Positions 53,589 through 64,000 of a DNA stretch of 64,000 nt are shown here, piece by piece. The stretch comes from Vicugna vicugna (Eukaryota): assembly GCA_013265495.1 (NCBI GenBank), contig MU058059.1:1240001-1304000 (forward strand). The letters are read 5' to 3'. The stretch's first letter is position 1, and each line of letters begins with the position of its first letter. Made by a program: the position numbers and the translations under genes. The notes under the pieces were generated by a model. The model was not told the DNA's origin. It searched no databases and saw only the letters and a program-made list of their open reading frames with translations.

Positions 53589-54290
53589 ACAGAGAATGTT
53601 TCTCTAGTTTCTCTTCTAGGAGGTTTATCGTGTCTTGTATTGTAAGTCTTTAAGCCATTTTGAGTTGATTTTTGTGTGTGGAATGAGGGAGTGTTCTAGC
53701 TTCACTGACTTGCATGCTGCTGTCCAGTTTTCCCAGCACCACTTGCTGAAGAGACTGTCTTTTCTCCATTGTATATTCCTGCCTCCTTTGTTGAAGTTTA
53801 ATTGACTGCAGGTCCATGGGTTCATTTCTGGGCGCTCTGTCCTGCTCCACTGTGCCGGTGCCGTGCTGCTTTGCTTACTGGGAGGGCTGTCCTTCCAGCT
53901 TTGTCCTTTTTTTCAGTGTTGCTTTGGCGATTCTGGGTCTTTTGTGATTCCATATACATTTTAGGATTAGTTCTAGTTTTGTCAAAAAAGCGGGCAATTT
54001 GATAGGGATCTCATTAAATCTATAGATTGCTTTGGGTAGTATGGCCATTTTAACAAAATTAATTCTTCTAATCCAAGAGCATGGGCTATCCTCCCATTTC
54101 TTTGAATCATCTTCAGTTTCCCTCATCAGTATTTTATAATTCTCAGCATGTATGTCTTTCACCTCCTTGGTCAGGTTTATTCCTAAGTATTTAATTTTTT
54201 GATGTTATTTTAAAAGAGATTTTTTTAAAACTTCCCCTGATACTTCATTGTTAAAGAAATACAACAGATTTCTATATGTGAATCTTACAA
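53589..54290 (-). mobile_element. Internal L1 ORF2 fragment (post-RT region)
   Basis: Peptides ENYKILMRE...[31 protein letters not shown] and QWRKDSLFSKWCWENW...PHTKINSKWLKDL are L1 ORF2. Confidence 0.88.
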
Positions 54291-55429
54291 CCTTAAGGTT
54301 TTTAAATCAATTGAGTTATTTCTTTATCGTTTCCTCCTGAAAGCAGATATTCCACTGTCTGCACAGAATGTAGACTCAATTGTAGAATAAGTCTCTGCAG
54401 CCCAGGAGCGGTCACAATTTCTGAAAGACTCTTCAAGTGTCAAACAGCCACCCTCACATGGAAAACCTGGGCCTTTCCCCCAAAGTTCGTGGATCCTAGC
54501 TTCCTTTCAACTCCTATCTTAATATACTCTTACAGACTTTTCAGCTTAAGAGAATTTGCCTAGAACTAACTAACTAAATACCATTTTCCCTAAAATTGGG
54601 CATTCTCGAAGGCTAATCAGTTTTCAAATTAACGTGCACTATGATGATTAACTTGAAAACTGGGGGCATTGAGAACAGCTGTGACCCAGGACCTGCTCTA
54701 GGAATGTAGTGCTGACTCACATAAAAGGTCAGGTTCCTTTTCCTTCTTTCCAGACGTGTTTCATTAGGATGTTATCCTTTTCAGGTCAGTATTGCATTTG
54801 AAAATCACACTATTAATCTTTCAGCTGCCCTTCTGGATGGCTGCAAGAATTAAGTATTATTTGCATAATTTTTGGGGACAGGGCAGAATGACCAAGCATA
54901 GCAATGTGAAAACATGTATTTAAAATTCTTATGTATGTGTAATAAATATTAGAACACCACTGAGCTAAATTTAATGAGTCTATATTTAAATTACCTGCCT
55001 GATGACAATTTTACTTAATCACAATTAGAAGTAGCTCTGATTACTTCCTGATAATTGCTACTTAGAATCTGGAGGGGAAATTTCTGAACCCAGACATTTC
55101 CAGGTAACAGATTACTTAATTGCTAACATCAAACTGGCACTCAAAATAATAACCCCACCCTTGTCATGGGCGGTTAGCAATGTGTACTGAGAAGCACCTC
55201 CGGTGGGGACTGTTCTAGGTCCTGTGGGGAGAAGAGAGAACATCTCTGCAGTTGGCAGTGGTGGAGCAAGAACAAAGCCCTAGAAAACACAGTGGCAACA
55301 CGTGGGTCTGTGTAGGTGTGTCATGTGACTCACGGGGACCTGCGTGCTTCCACACAGCGGTACCACCGGACTGTACTGTCCCTGAGATCTGTGGGCCAGC
55401 GAGGGCATGCCTCTGTTACTCAAGACCCT

Positions 55430-55625
55430 GCACTTTTCTTGCTTTCTCTCCTCCTGTTCACTGTCGTATTTTTATGCTTATGGTTTATTACTTGTTTCCA
55501 CCGACTTGAATTTAAGCTGCACAAGAGGAGAGATTTTTATTTATTTATCTGCAGATACATTCCAGATGCTCATAAGGCCTTTGCACGTAGTGGGCTTCTC
55601 AATAAATACTTGTTGAACGAGTGAA
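55430..55625 (+). mobile_element. L2 LINE 3' end
   Basis: Ends gcacgtagtgggcttctcaataaatacttgttgaacgagtgaat. Confidence 0.75.
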
Positions 55626-56245
55626 TTTATCTCCATGATGGATGAAGATAAGGACATCAGTTTAGATGCCTTTGCTGTTCATTGCAAGAAAATTCGCACA
55701 CCAGTATGGATGTGTGTCTGATGTTTTCCTTCTACTCACAGACTGAACTTTCAAAGCCTAAAAGACACAGGGGTAAATCTCTCTGAAGGCCCAGAAAGAA
55801 CAACCTCGAGTTTCAAACTGATGGGGCTCCTGAAAAAAAAAATCTATTCTTAAGAAGAAAATGGAAACAGAAAAAAAAAAAAAAAGTGAGCTGGCTGGCT
55901 GTTTCGGAGGAAAACTTTGCAAGTTGTTGAAAGATGAAAAAATTCAGTCATCAACACCAAGTAACCTGTCTGAGTTCCTTTATTAAACTTATTTTTGAAC
56001 AGTTTGACTCTGTTGGAGAGGCCAAGCCAAATGAAATTTGAATTGCTGCTGCTTGGAAAAAACCAAAACAAAACAAATTTTGGCTGCCTGCAGAAGCAAA
56101 CCGGCCACATAGACCCTAAGTGCAAGTCCCGGACCAGTCACAGAGACGGCTGCACGGATGGAGCGTGCCCTACGCGTACCTTTCCCTTCTCACAACCAGT
56201 GATGACGCAGCTTTCGCGCCTCTGGGTACAGATCCCATGAACACA

Positions 56246-56450
56246 CTTCCTCTTTCTTTTTTCTTTTCTTTTCTTTTCTTTCTTTCTTTTCCTTTCTTTC
56301 TTTCCTTTCTTTTCTTTTCTTTTCTTTTCTTTCTTTCTTTTCCTTTCTTTCTTTCCTTTCTTCCTTTCTTTCTCTTTCTTTCCTTCTTTCCTTCTTCCTT
56401 TCCTTTCCTTTCCCTCCCTCCCTTCCTTCCTTCCTTTCTTTCTTTCTTTC
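56246..56450. repeat. 205-bp pure polypyrimidine tract, compound (TTTC/TTCC)n microsatellite
   Basis: Only C and T on the plus strand across this interval. Confidence 0.95.
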
Positions 56451-59400
56451 GCAAGTTCTTGGTATCTTTTTCCTACTAAAAGACCTCTGAGGCCCCTGCT
56501 TTTCATGGTAAAACACTGGCTCCTGCATCTCCAAACAGCCCCCTTGTGCATTTAACACCATTGCTGTCAGGTGCAGTTCAAACACTGTGAGAAACCCATC
56601 GTGGGACTATTCTGGGTGTAACCTGAGATTTCTCACTGCCTCGTGTACGTCTGAGTCAATTTGCCTTGATGCCAAGACTCTTCAACCAAAAGGAACACGA
56701 TCTGATTTCAAACCGAAGTAAACGCCCAAAACAGGTAAGCCTGATCCCATGAAACGGACCATTTGGAGAGAAACTCTCAGCATTTTAAAGTGAGCCTCGT
56801 TTCCCCCCACCTTTGGCTTCCCAGTCCCTTTGTAGTAGTGGTGGTGACTTTATTTTTACCCCATACCCCTTTTCCCTGACTTTTCTCCGTCTCTGTGTCA
56901 CTCCTATGGCCACTGTCAATCAGCAGACAGTGGTTGGGATATTCTGGCCCTAAAAGACATGCGGCCCCAAGGGAGGAACAATGCGTGCTCTCCACATGTA
57001 CATCGCCCTCTGTGCTCATCACGTGGGAACTGAGTCCTCACTGCTGCCTTTACGGCTCCCAGGACTTCCCTGTGCATCCCACCCCGGGCATCTGGCAGGG
57101 CAGCGGTACTGTGTTTTATTGATCATTGGCTTCAGCATTCACCATGTGCCCAAAGGGATAAATGTGTGAAGACGTGGACAGTCTCACTGAGAAATCAGGT
57201 TGAGAGCACCAGCTCACCAAACGGCTGCTTGTTTAGCTGTTGAGCTGTGTTTGGCCAGTCTTCGCTTTGTCTTCATGGCAGCACTTTAAGGAGCTCGGCT
57301 GTGCCACATCCCAGCTGTGGCTGGAAACTGAGGGCAGAGGGAGACGGAGGCTGAACGGGGATGTGTTCTGAACAAAGACTGCCTGTGACTACATTAGTTA
57401 TTAATATATTCATTCATAGGAAGGATATATTTATAAGGATTCTGAATATTCAAAAACCTATTAACAAATAGATTCTTCATGAATATATAAGGAGAAAAAA
57501 GTTTTTAAGAAATTATAAGAAAATGTATTCATGAATATATTCTTGAATATTAACAGTGTATTCATAGGAACATTTTGTATTCAAGAATATATTTTTATGT
57601 TGGAAAGACAAACTGAATATTCTTTAAAATGATATGGTACAAAATGCAATGCAATCAGTACTCAGTATTTCAAAGGAAATGAGTAAATGTGGCAAGTTGG
57701 TCACTTCCTGGGTGGTGAAGAAATGCTTCCAGATCCAGCCCCTGGCTGGACTCAGGACTCGGTGTCCAAGCCTGGGCCTGACTCCGAATCCCAAGTACTT
57801 GCCCCTGTTTCCCCACCTCCAGCCCTCCCTCAGCAGACGGAGAGTCCACAGACGAAGGTGACTCAACCAAGAAATCCCAGGGGTGTTTGAAAGTCGGGGT
57901 CAGCCCGGTGCTCACAGGGAGGCCCTCTCCTGCACTGCCGCTCCGCGGTCTGTTCAGGGGGCAGTTTACGGGGTGTACGCGGAGGGAGGGAAGGGGTTTG
58001 GCGCTGATTAAGGATTGATTTTTCTTGGAATGTCTGTGAGTTGCTGGAAGTAACAGAAACTTTTGCGAAAGTTACCTGGAGTTACAGGCATTCAAAGACG
58101 ACAGTGTGAGAGGTCCTGAGCCCCCTCGGGGTGCTTGCTGATGACCTAACGCCCAGCGTGGTGCTGTGTACTCGTGATGTGCTGTATGAATGGTCCTTTG
58201 AGGGAGGTCTGTCTTATAATCCAGAAGTTTGTATTTCTTGATGCCCTGATGGCAGTTTTCTTTGCTGTTCCTTGACTCACTTGTATTCCAGGCGGGACTC
58301 AGGAAAAGAGGAAGGGAGGCTGAGGCCGGTACATGGGGGCAGCGGAGGCCCTCACACCATCTGGGCACTTCCCTGAGGGTGGTGGGTGCACCTGGCAGAG
58401 CAAGAGCTCAGCTCCTAATGTTCCAGTGTTCGGCTCCGAGCCTTTCTGGAGAGTCTGGGGAGTTGGGAGGGGCCTGGTTGGTGCAGACTCTGGGCGTGGC
58501 AGAGTGGAATCCAGGACAATCGAGGGTCCCTCAGGGGCATTCCAGGGCCCACCCCATGTGCTCCTGGGCCCCGTGGGTAAGGCCTGATGCAGGCTTGTGT
58601 TGGGGGCAGATTCCTGGAGGATGGTTCAAAACACAGATGGCGGCTGCTGTTAGTTTCCTGACACCTACTTCAGGGCTGCTGTGAGGTGTCAGGCTCCTCG
58701 TGGGCGCTGCGTCTACTGCACTCGCGTACACGGCCTCAGAATCAAATGGAAAAGACCCTTCGTGGGTCGGTGTTATGTCCTCATTTTATAGAGAAGTTAC
58801 AACTATTGTAGGAAGTCACAGAGCTGGAATCTAGATTTGAGTTTGATTCACCTGCCTCATTAACTTGTAACAAATAACTGACTGTGTGTCAAACACCAGA
58901 TATGATGCCAAATGCCAGGAACAAGTGATGTGTAAGACACGGTCTTGGTCCTGGGACCCTAGACTCGTGGGGAGAGACAAGCAAGGAAAAACAGGAGTGA
59001 GGAGCGATGTGATGTGGGGCGGCTGCCAGGGGAGCCGGGGAGCTATGGGTGGAGAGAGATGCTGGAGTCAGAAGATGCAAAGGCGGGAGGCCCAAGAGCA
59101 GGGGGAAGGGGAGGAAAGGAGCTGATTGCAGATCCAGCTGGACCGGGAGAGAAGGGTAAGGAGCACCGTGACTGGGGTGGGGAAGGGCAGAGGCGAGGCC
59201 TGGACCCCAGTGGGGCTGGGGTGGCTGACTGCCCCTCCTCTGCCCTGTCCACGCCCAGTGATGGGGTGTGGGTGGCAGAAGGCTGCGTCGCTCAGAAACT
59301 GGCAAAGAGTCAGATGGTTCCAGCCTCCTGGCCTGGGCAGCTCCTCTGATGATGATATTTCTCTTTCAGGTGGGGCCGAGGACTTGCCATTTGAACGTCA

Positions 59401-59633
59401 AGGTTGAGTGCTTGGGTGACAGAGTGGGGATTTCTGGCAGCTGGCTCGACTCCGGGATCAAGCTCTTTTGGTCTGACTAACCCATCCTCCAGGAACACAG
59501 CAGCTCAACTCTGCTTCTGCCTGGAACCATCTGTCCTGTTCCAGATCATCCTGTTGAAATGACAGGTAATGTACAAACTGCAAATCTCAGGTCTTCCATG
59601 GAGCCTACATAAATGAGCAATTTTGAGGTTCTT

Positions 59634-59663
59634 TTTAATGAAAAAAAAAGCCTCAAATTTAAT
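59634..59663 (-). terminator. Candidate L3MBTL4 polyadenylation signals (two ATTAAA)
   Basis: ATTAAA at 59658-59663 and 59634-59639 on the minus strand, with a U-rich spacer and U/GU-rich sequence downstream; implies a ~1.3-kb 3'UTR. Confidence 0.5.
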
Positions 59664-60897
59664 GTCTTAAATCATTAACACCTAAATCTACTATATGTCA
59701 AACAACACTACAGTAAAATTCCATGTAGGCAGGGTGAGACGCAAGGATGTAACAGCACATCTCTTAAGAGACGAGTCCTGTTTTCTTCACTGACTTGAGA
59801 AGCTCCCCAAACAGCATCAACTTTCTTAAGCCATGAGTCTTAATGAAGCAAACGGGTATTGTAGGTCTGTCTTATCTATTTCTTTTCTCTCCCACTGCCA
59901 ACCCCACCCTCCTTCAAAACCAAAACACGGTGGAGCTCCAGTTCAGTGGGGCACTTGTAGTGCCTGCTGTCAGTGGAGGTAAGAAAAAAGGTGCTTGTCT
60001 TCTTTCAAAACTGGACTGACTCCACTTAAGAGTCAGATACAGTCCCTTATACAAAACAAGTAAGGCTGATAAGTAAGAATTGTTGAAACAAATAACACAG
60101 CTCCCTGCGTTAGAAATCTCCCCTCTCAGTGGTGTGCCCGTCTGCAAAGCTGTACCCAAGGCCCCGTGTCACACAGCCCGCAGGACAGCCGAGTCCCCCG
60201 GAGGCACTGCCCAGAGCTGGCGCTGGGAGAGCGCGGGCTCCCCAAGGCCCCGGACAGCCAGGGCGCCGGGTGGAGGGAGGGTCCTCCCGGCTTCTGCTGG
60301 GCGCCCAGGCTGGCTGTTCACATGCTCCCCAGGCTCGCTCCAAGAGACCTTGAGGGCACAGCTGAGAAACACTTCGTGGAACACGAAGAATTAATGGGTC
60401 ATGAAAACATGTGCTTATCTAAAATTTTTTTTAGAAGATTCACACTTTCCTGAGTAAGTACACACATCTCATGTGAGGTCTTTTGAAAGCACCAGGCCAG
60501 TACCTCTTAGACCCCCTGTACCCAGGCGGCAAATCTGAGCCAAGCTCAGATGTTCTGGGGATGTTAACAATGTGCACGTATCATTTTTCTAATACTCTTA
60601 TCACTTGAGAGTTTCACACTTGCAAAGTAGGAAAAGGCTTCTTGGACAGCATGGGCGAAGAATAAAGGTGCTTGTGTGGGCTGCTTTGGTCAGAGTGGAG
60701 CTGAGGACGCTGGGGAACCCGGCCCGTGCCAGGGTCTCTGTGTCCTTGGCACTGGCTCAGACATCAAATCCTTCAAACGTAAAAACCACAGCCCCTTAAA
60801 AGGTCCAGATCAAACGTGGCCATGAGCCTGGGGACCCCGAAATCAAGTTAACGTTGCTGATCTTACCGCTGAGAACAAGTCACGTGGCCACAGCCCA

Positions 60898-61077
60898 TCA
60901 GGTGGAATGTTTACCCCTGATGTCCTGGCCCGAGACGGCACCTTCCCCGGTGAGGTCCTGGGAGTGCCTGAACGTGAGGATGGAGTTATAGATCTTCAGA
61001 GCGGGACCCAGCTTGATCTTCATCACCTGGACGATGTCTGCCTGCGTCAGGAGCAGGAAGGCTTTGCCATCAATCTG
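60898..61077 (-). CDS. L3MBTL4: L3MBTL4 terminal coding exon (SAM domain C-terminal half)
   Basis: Encodes QIDGKAFLLLTQADIVQVMKIKLGPALKIYNSIL...GQDIRGKHST*, the classic Polycomb/MBT SAM motif. Acceptor ttacttctttacctgCAG|CAG; stop TGA at 60898-60900; 953-nt intron at 61078-62030. Confidence 0.93.
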   Translation of the reverse strand, partial: QIDGKAFLLLTQADIVQVMKIKLGPALKIYNSILTFRHSQDLTGEGAVSGQDIRGKHST

Positions 61078-62030
61078 CTGCAGGTAAAGAAGTAAGTACA
61101 AATGAAAATACCCTGCTGCTCAGATCTGCCTGCCTCCAGGTGCCCCCAGGTGCTGAGCTGTGTGGCCGGGACGGGACCCTTGATGGCCTCCGGGGCTCAG
61201 GGACCACGGGTAACGGCGGCATCTTAGGACCTGCAAGGGGACCGTGGACAGGGTGAGTCTGGACGTTGCTGGATGCAGAGGGTGCCTGTATGTGCGAGGC
61301 TGGGCTCGGGTGGGCCAAGTGAGCCCCACGTTTCCAAGGGCAGCTCCAGGCTGATGCTGTGACATCTGGGTGCTGAGTTCCCTGGAGACAGGGCTTGCCG
61401 GGCTCTGAGGGATCCGGGACCCAGAACACAAAGAGTGCTCCCTCTGCCCACACACACCCTGGCTCCAGAGAGGGAGAGTGTGCGCTGCGCCCCGGGGCCC
61501 TCCGAGTGAGTTCTTGAGTAATGGCGGAAGCTTGGGAATCAGGTGGGTGAGGGCTGGAGTCCTTCCCTTGCCCGCCCAAGCTTCTCCATCCGCACACTGC
61601 CCTGCCCTCCGAGGTTGGCAGCAGGGGCCCTGTGGAAGGACTGGTGGCTTCTGTGTCCCGACAGGGACAGGCAGGATGGCCCTACTTTGACTTTGAAGCA
61701 GACAAGCTCCCTCATTCTGCCAGAGGTGCAGGCCCCTGGCAGATCCTCCCAGCCCCCAGTGGAGCCGGAAGTCACAGTACAGGGGCCTTGGGATAAACTG
61801 ATGGACGCGTTCCCATAGCTGACTTGGTGAGAGGTTTCAGAGCACAGTGACGGCCATCTGTGACCAAGCCCAGCGCACATCAGCCACCCAGACAGAGGCT
61901 GCCCTGGGCCCCCGTTGGACCTCCTTCTCCCACCAGCCCCAAACTGCTCTTATTTACCCTTAAGTAAGTGGAAGCAAAGCACTTCTGGGTATACAAATAG
62001 AGAAATAGGTATAATCAGTACACCTCTTAC

Positions 62031-62093
62031 CTCTTTCTTGAAGCACTTGGCGTGCTCTTCGCAGCCCAGGAGAGACCGCACAAACTCCACCAC
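62031..62093 (-). CDS. L3MBTL4: L3MBTL4 penultimate coding exon (63 nt, part of SAM domain: VVEFVRSLLGCEEHAKCFKKE)
   Basis: Acceptor ttttcatcttgcgctgCAG|GTG, donor GAG|GTAAGA, phase 0/0. Joins in frame to the QIDGKAFLLLT exon to give an L3MBTL-type SAM domain. Confidence 0.93.
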
Positions 62094-64000
62094 CTGCAGC
62101 GCAAGATGAAAAGCCTGATTTAAAACACCCACCTGAAATAACACCTTGGGCTGCAGTCATTCAGCGTGTGAGTGAAATACACTTCAGATCCCTCCAGCAC
62201 TCGGGACGTAAATGAGCAGTGACTCCCCAGGCACAGGGGCCTGTGCTCGGAAACCTTTCCGGCCTCTCACCTCCAGGCTGACCTGCGTTGGGTTACAGGT
62301 GTCAGGACGCCGACGACTGTCCCCACTTGTGCGGAGGCTTGGCGTCCAGAACCTTCTGTCAGATCGTCCTATCCACCCTGTGGCGTCAGTTGTGACAGTG
62401 AAAAATGAGTTGGATGTCGCCTGGTAAGAGCCACTGTGCTTGTGAAAGGTCCCTCACAGGCAGGGGGCTGAGGGTCGTAGTGGGAAAATTAAAGAGAAAA
62501 CTGGGACTGGGAACCAGCTGAAGAGCGTGTTGTCGCTCGCTCACCAGTTCCTGGGGAGAGCCGCCAGCACCAGGGCCCTGGGCTCCCGCCAGGGTGTCCT
62601 GTAAATACGGGCCCCAGGAACTTCTCAGAAAAGGGGTGTGTGTGGCTTTGACGCTTTTCAGGGGTTAAAGTGTCCTTTTCTGGGCAAACAGATTTTGAAA
62701 AGAAGGGTCACACTCCCTCTTAGTATCGTGAGCCAAGAAATCACTGTCCATGTAGGAGGGAGATTGGATTTTTTTAATGGGGAAAAATAATGTGCTAAAG
62801 CAGAGAGTGAAAAGAGCCACCGTACTGACGAGGGTGGCCCCGGGCCGGGCCAGCACAGCCCCTCGCTGTCCCGTCCCGCTGTCCTTTACTGTCTTCCTTG
62901 GACAGTTTTACCACGTGTCTGAGATCCTCGGTCTTTTTGGAAAGAGATTCTGATTTTTTTCCAAAGTAAAGAACGTAGTCCATGAAATCTACTAAGGCAG
63001 ACTTTTCTAGCCAGAATTTTAAAGTACCCAGAGGCCTGGGTCCTTGTCTTGGTATTACTGTTCAATACTGCTGGTCAGGATTTATCCCTCTGAGAATCAA
63101 TTCCACTCTGAGCTCTCACAGGAGCCTGTTTGCTACAAACTTTCTTAAAAGTAACAGACCACAGAGGAGTATGAGACAGGTTCCTCTCGCTCTCCCCTGA
63201 AGCACCGTGGTCCCCGCAGAGATGGCCTCACGGAGCCAACTCCACGTGGGAGGAAGCTGCTGTCCTTCATCCTTTGCCTCCGCCCAGGACGCCCAGCACA
63301 CCTGGAGTGGAGGAGGGGTGCTCGGGAGCGCAGCGTCCCACAGCCTACACCCAGGCTTTGTTTTGGGAGGACACTGAGTAAGTTAGTTCTGGGGATGACA
63401 GCAGTTTGGAAAGACTTGAGAGAGGCTGTGCAGGCCCTGAGCTGAGCCCATTACCTCCCTGCCTGGCGTCCTCCTGGGCCCTGGTGGTGGGGCTGCTGCT
63501 CCCCTAACTCTCCCCAGATGCAGGTGTTTTCCTCTCACTGACACTGTCCTGGCTGTCGGTCCACCAGGGACCGTGTTTCCAGCCCAGGGCTCATTTCTTA
63601 GCAGTGGAATTTATTATTTGCGCTGTTTCAGGGCCTGACTGTGTAAGGCTGCTGTGCTTAGTGAGCAGTATCCTGAATTTTTCAAAACACTCAGCCCTGT
63701 GTGAAGACTGCTCTTAAAGCGACCACTGTCTTTAAGAGTAAAGGGAAATGTAGGGAGCACTTGGATGAGGCCTGGGCGATTTAGATGCGCTGCTTTAAAA
63801 GGCACCTTTGAATGCAAGAAAGAAAAGTTCCCAGACAGGCACCAAGCACCCTGAGCCCCACCCGTGGCTATAATGTACGTCCGTGGCGCATCCAGGCCAC
63901 GTGTGCCCACGGACACCTGGCAGGAGGGGCTGCAGAAAATTCACCACCTAATTCACTCACTCACTCACTCGTCACACACCTGCTCTGGCAAGTTACTTGC

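Noticed and set aside
56120..56585. Lys/Glu/Arg-rich and Phe/Ser/Leu-rich ORFs
   Set aside because: Translations of the TTTC microsatellite.

Overview
Mammalian genomic DNA, most likely camelid: it carries two tRNA-derived Vic-1-type SINEs and artiodactyl-type L1 3' ends. Two protein-coding genes lie on the minus strand in the known L3MBTL4-TMEM200C order. TMEM200C has its complete 620-aa CDS in one exon (4456-6318), an upstream CpG-island promoter and probable non-coding 5' exons at ~9.2-10.4 kb. L3MBTL4 is represented by its last two coding exons (SAM domain; 62031-62093 and 60898-61077) plus a 3' UTR. The ~49-kb intergenic interval is mostly interspersed repeats (MIR, L2, old and recent L1, MER5/MER58, MLT1). 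The most interesting element is a TSD-flanked 2.9-kb L1 derivative (40796-43713). It retains the 5'UTR, ORF1, the ORF2 C-terminus, 3'UTR and polyA but lacks the endonuclease and RT regions, making it a candidate non-autonomous HAL1-like or spliced L1. Other observations: a predicted spliced 190-codon uORF overlapping the TMEM200C start, a possible 1-nt frameshift extension of the L3MBTL4 C-terminus, a perfect 63-bp tandem duplication, a diverged ~120-bp direct repeat, a 16-bp perfect inverted repeat and nested transposons. Repeat family names are recognised by eye, and repeat boundaries are approximate unless TSDs are given. There is no evidence of prokaryotic-type systems.
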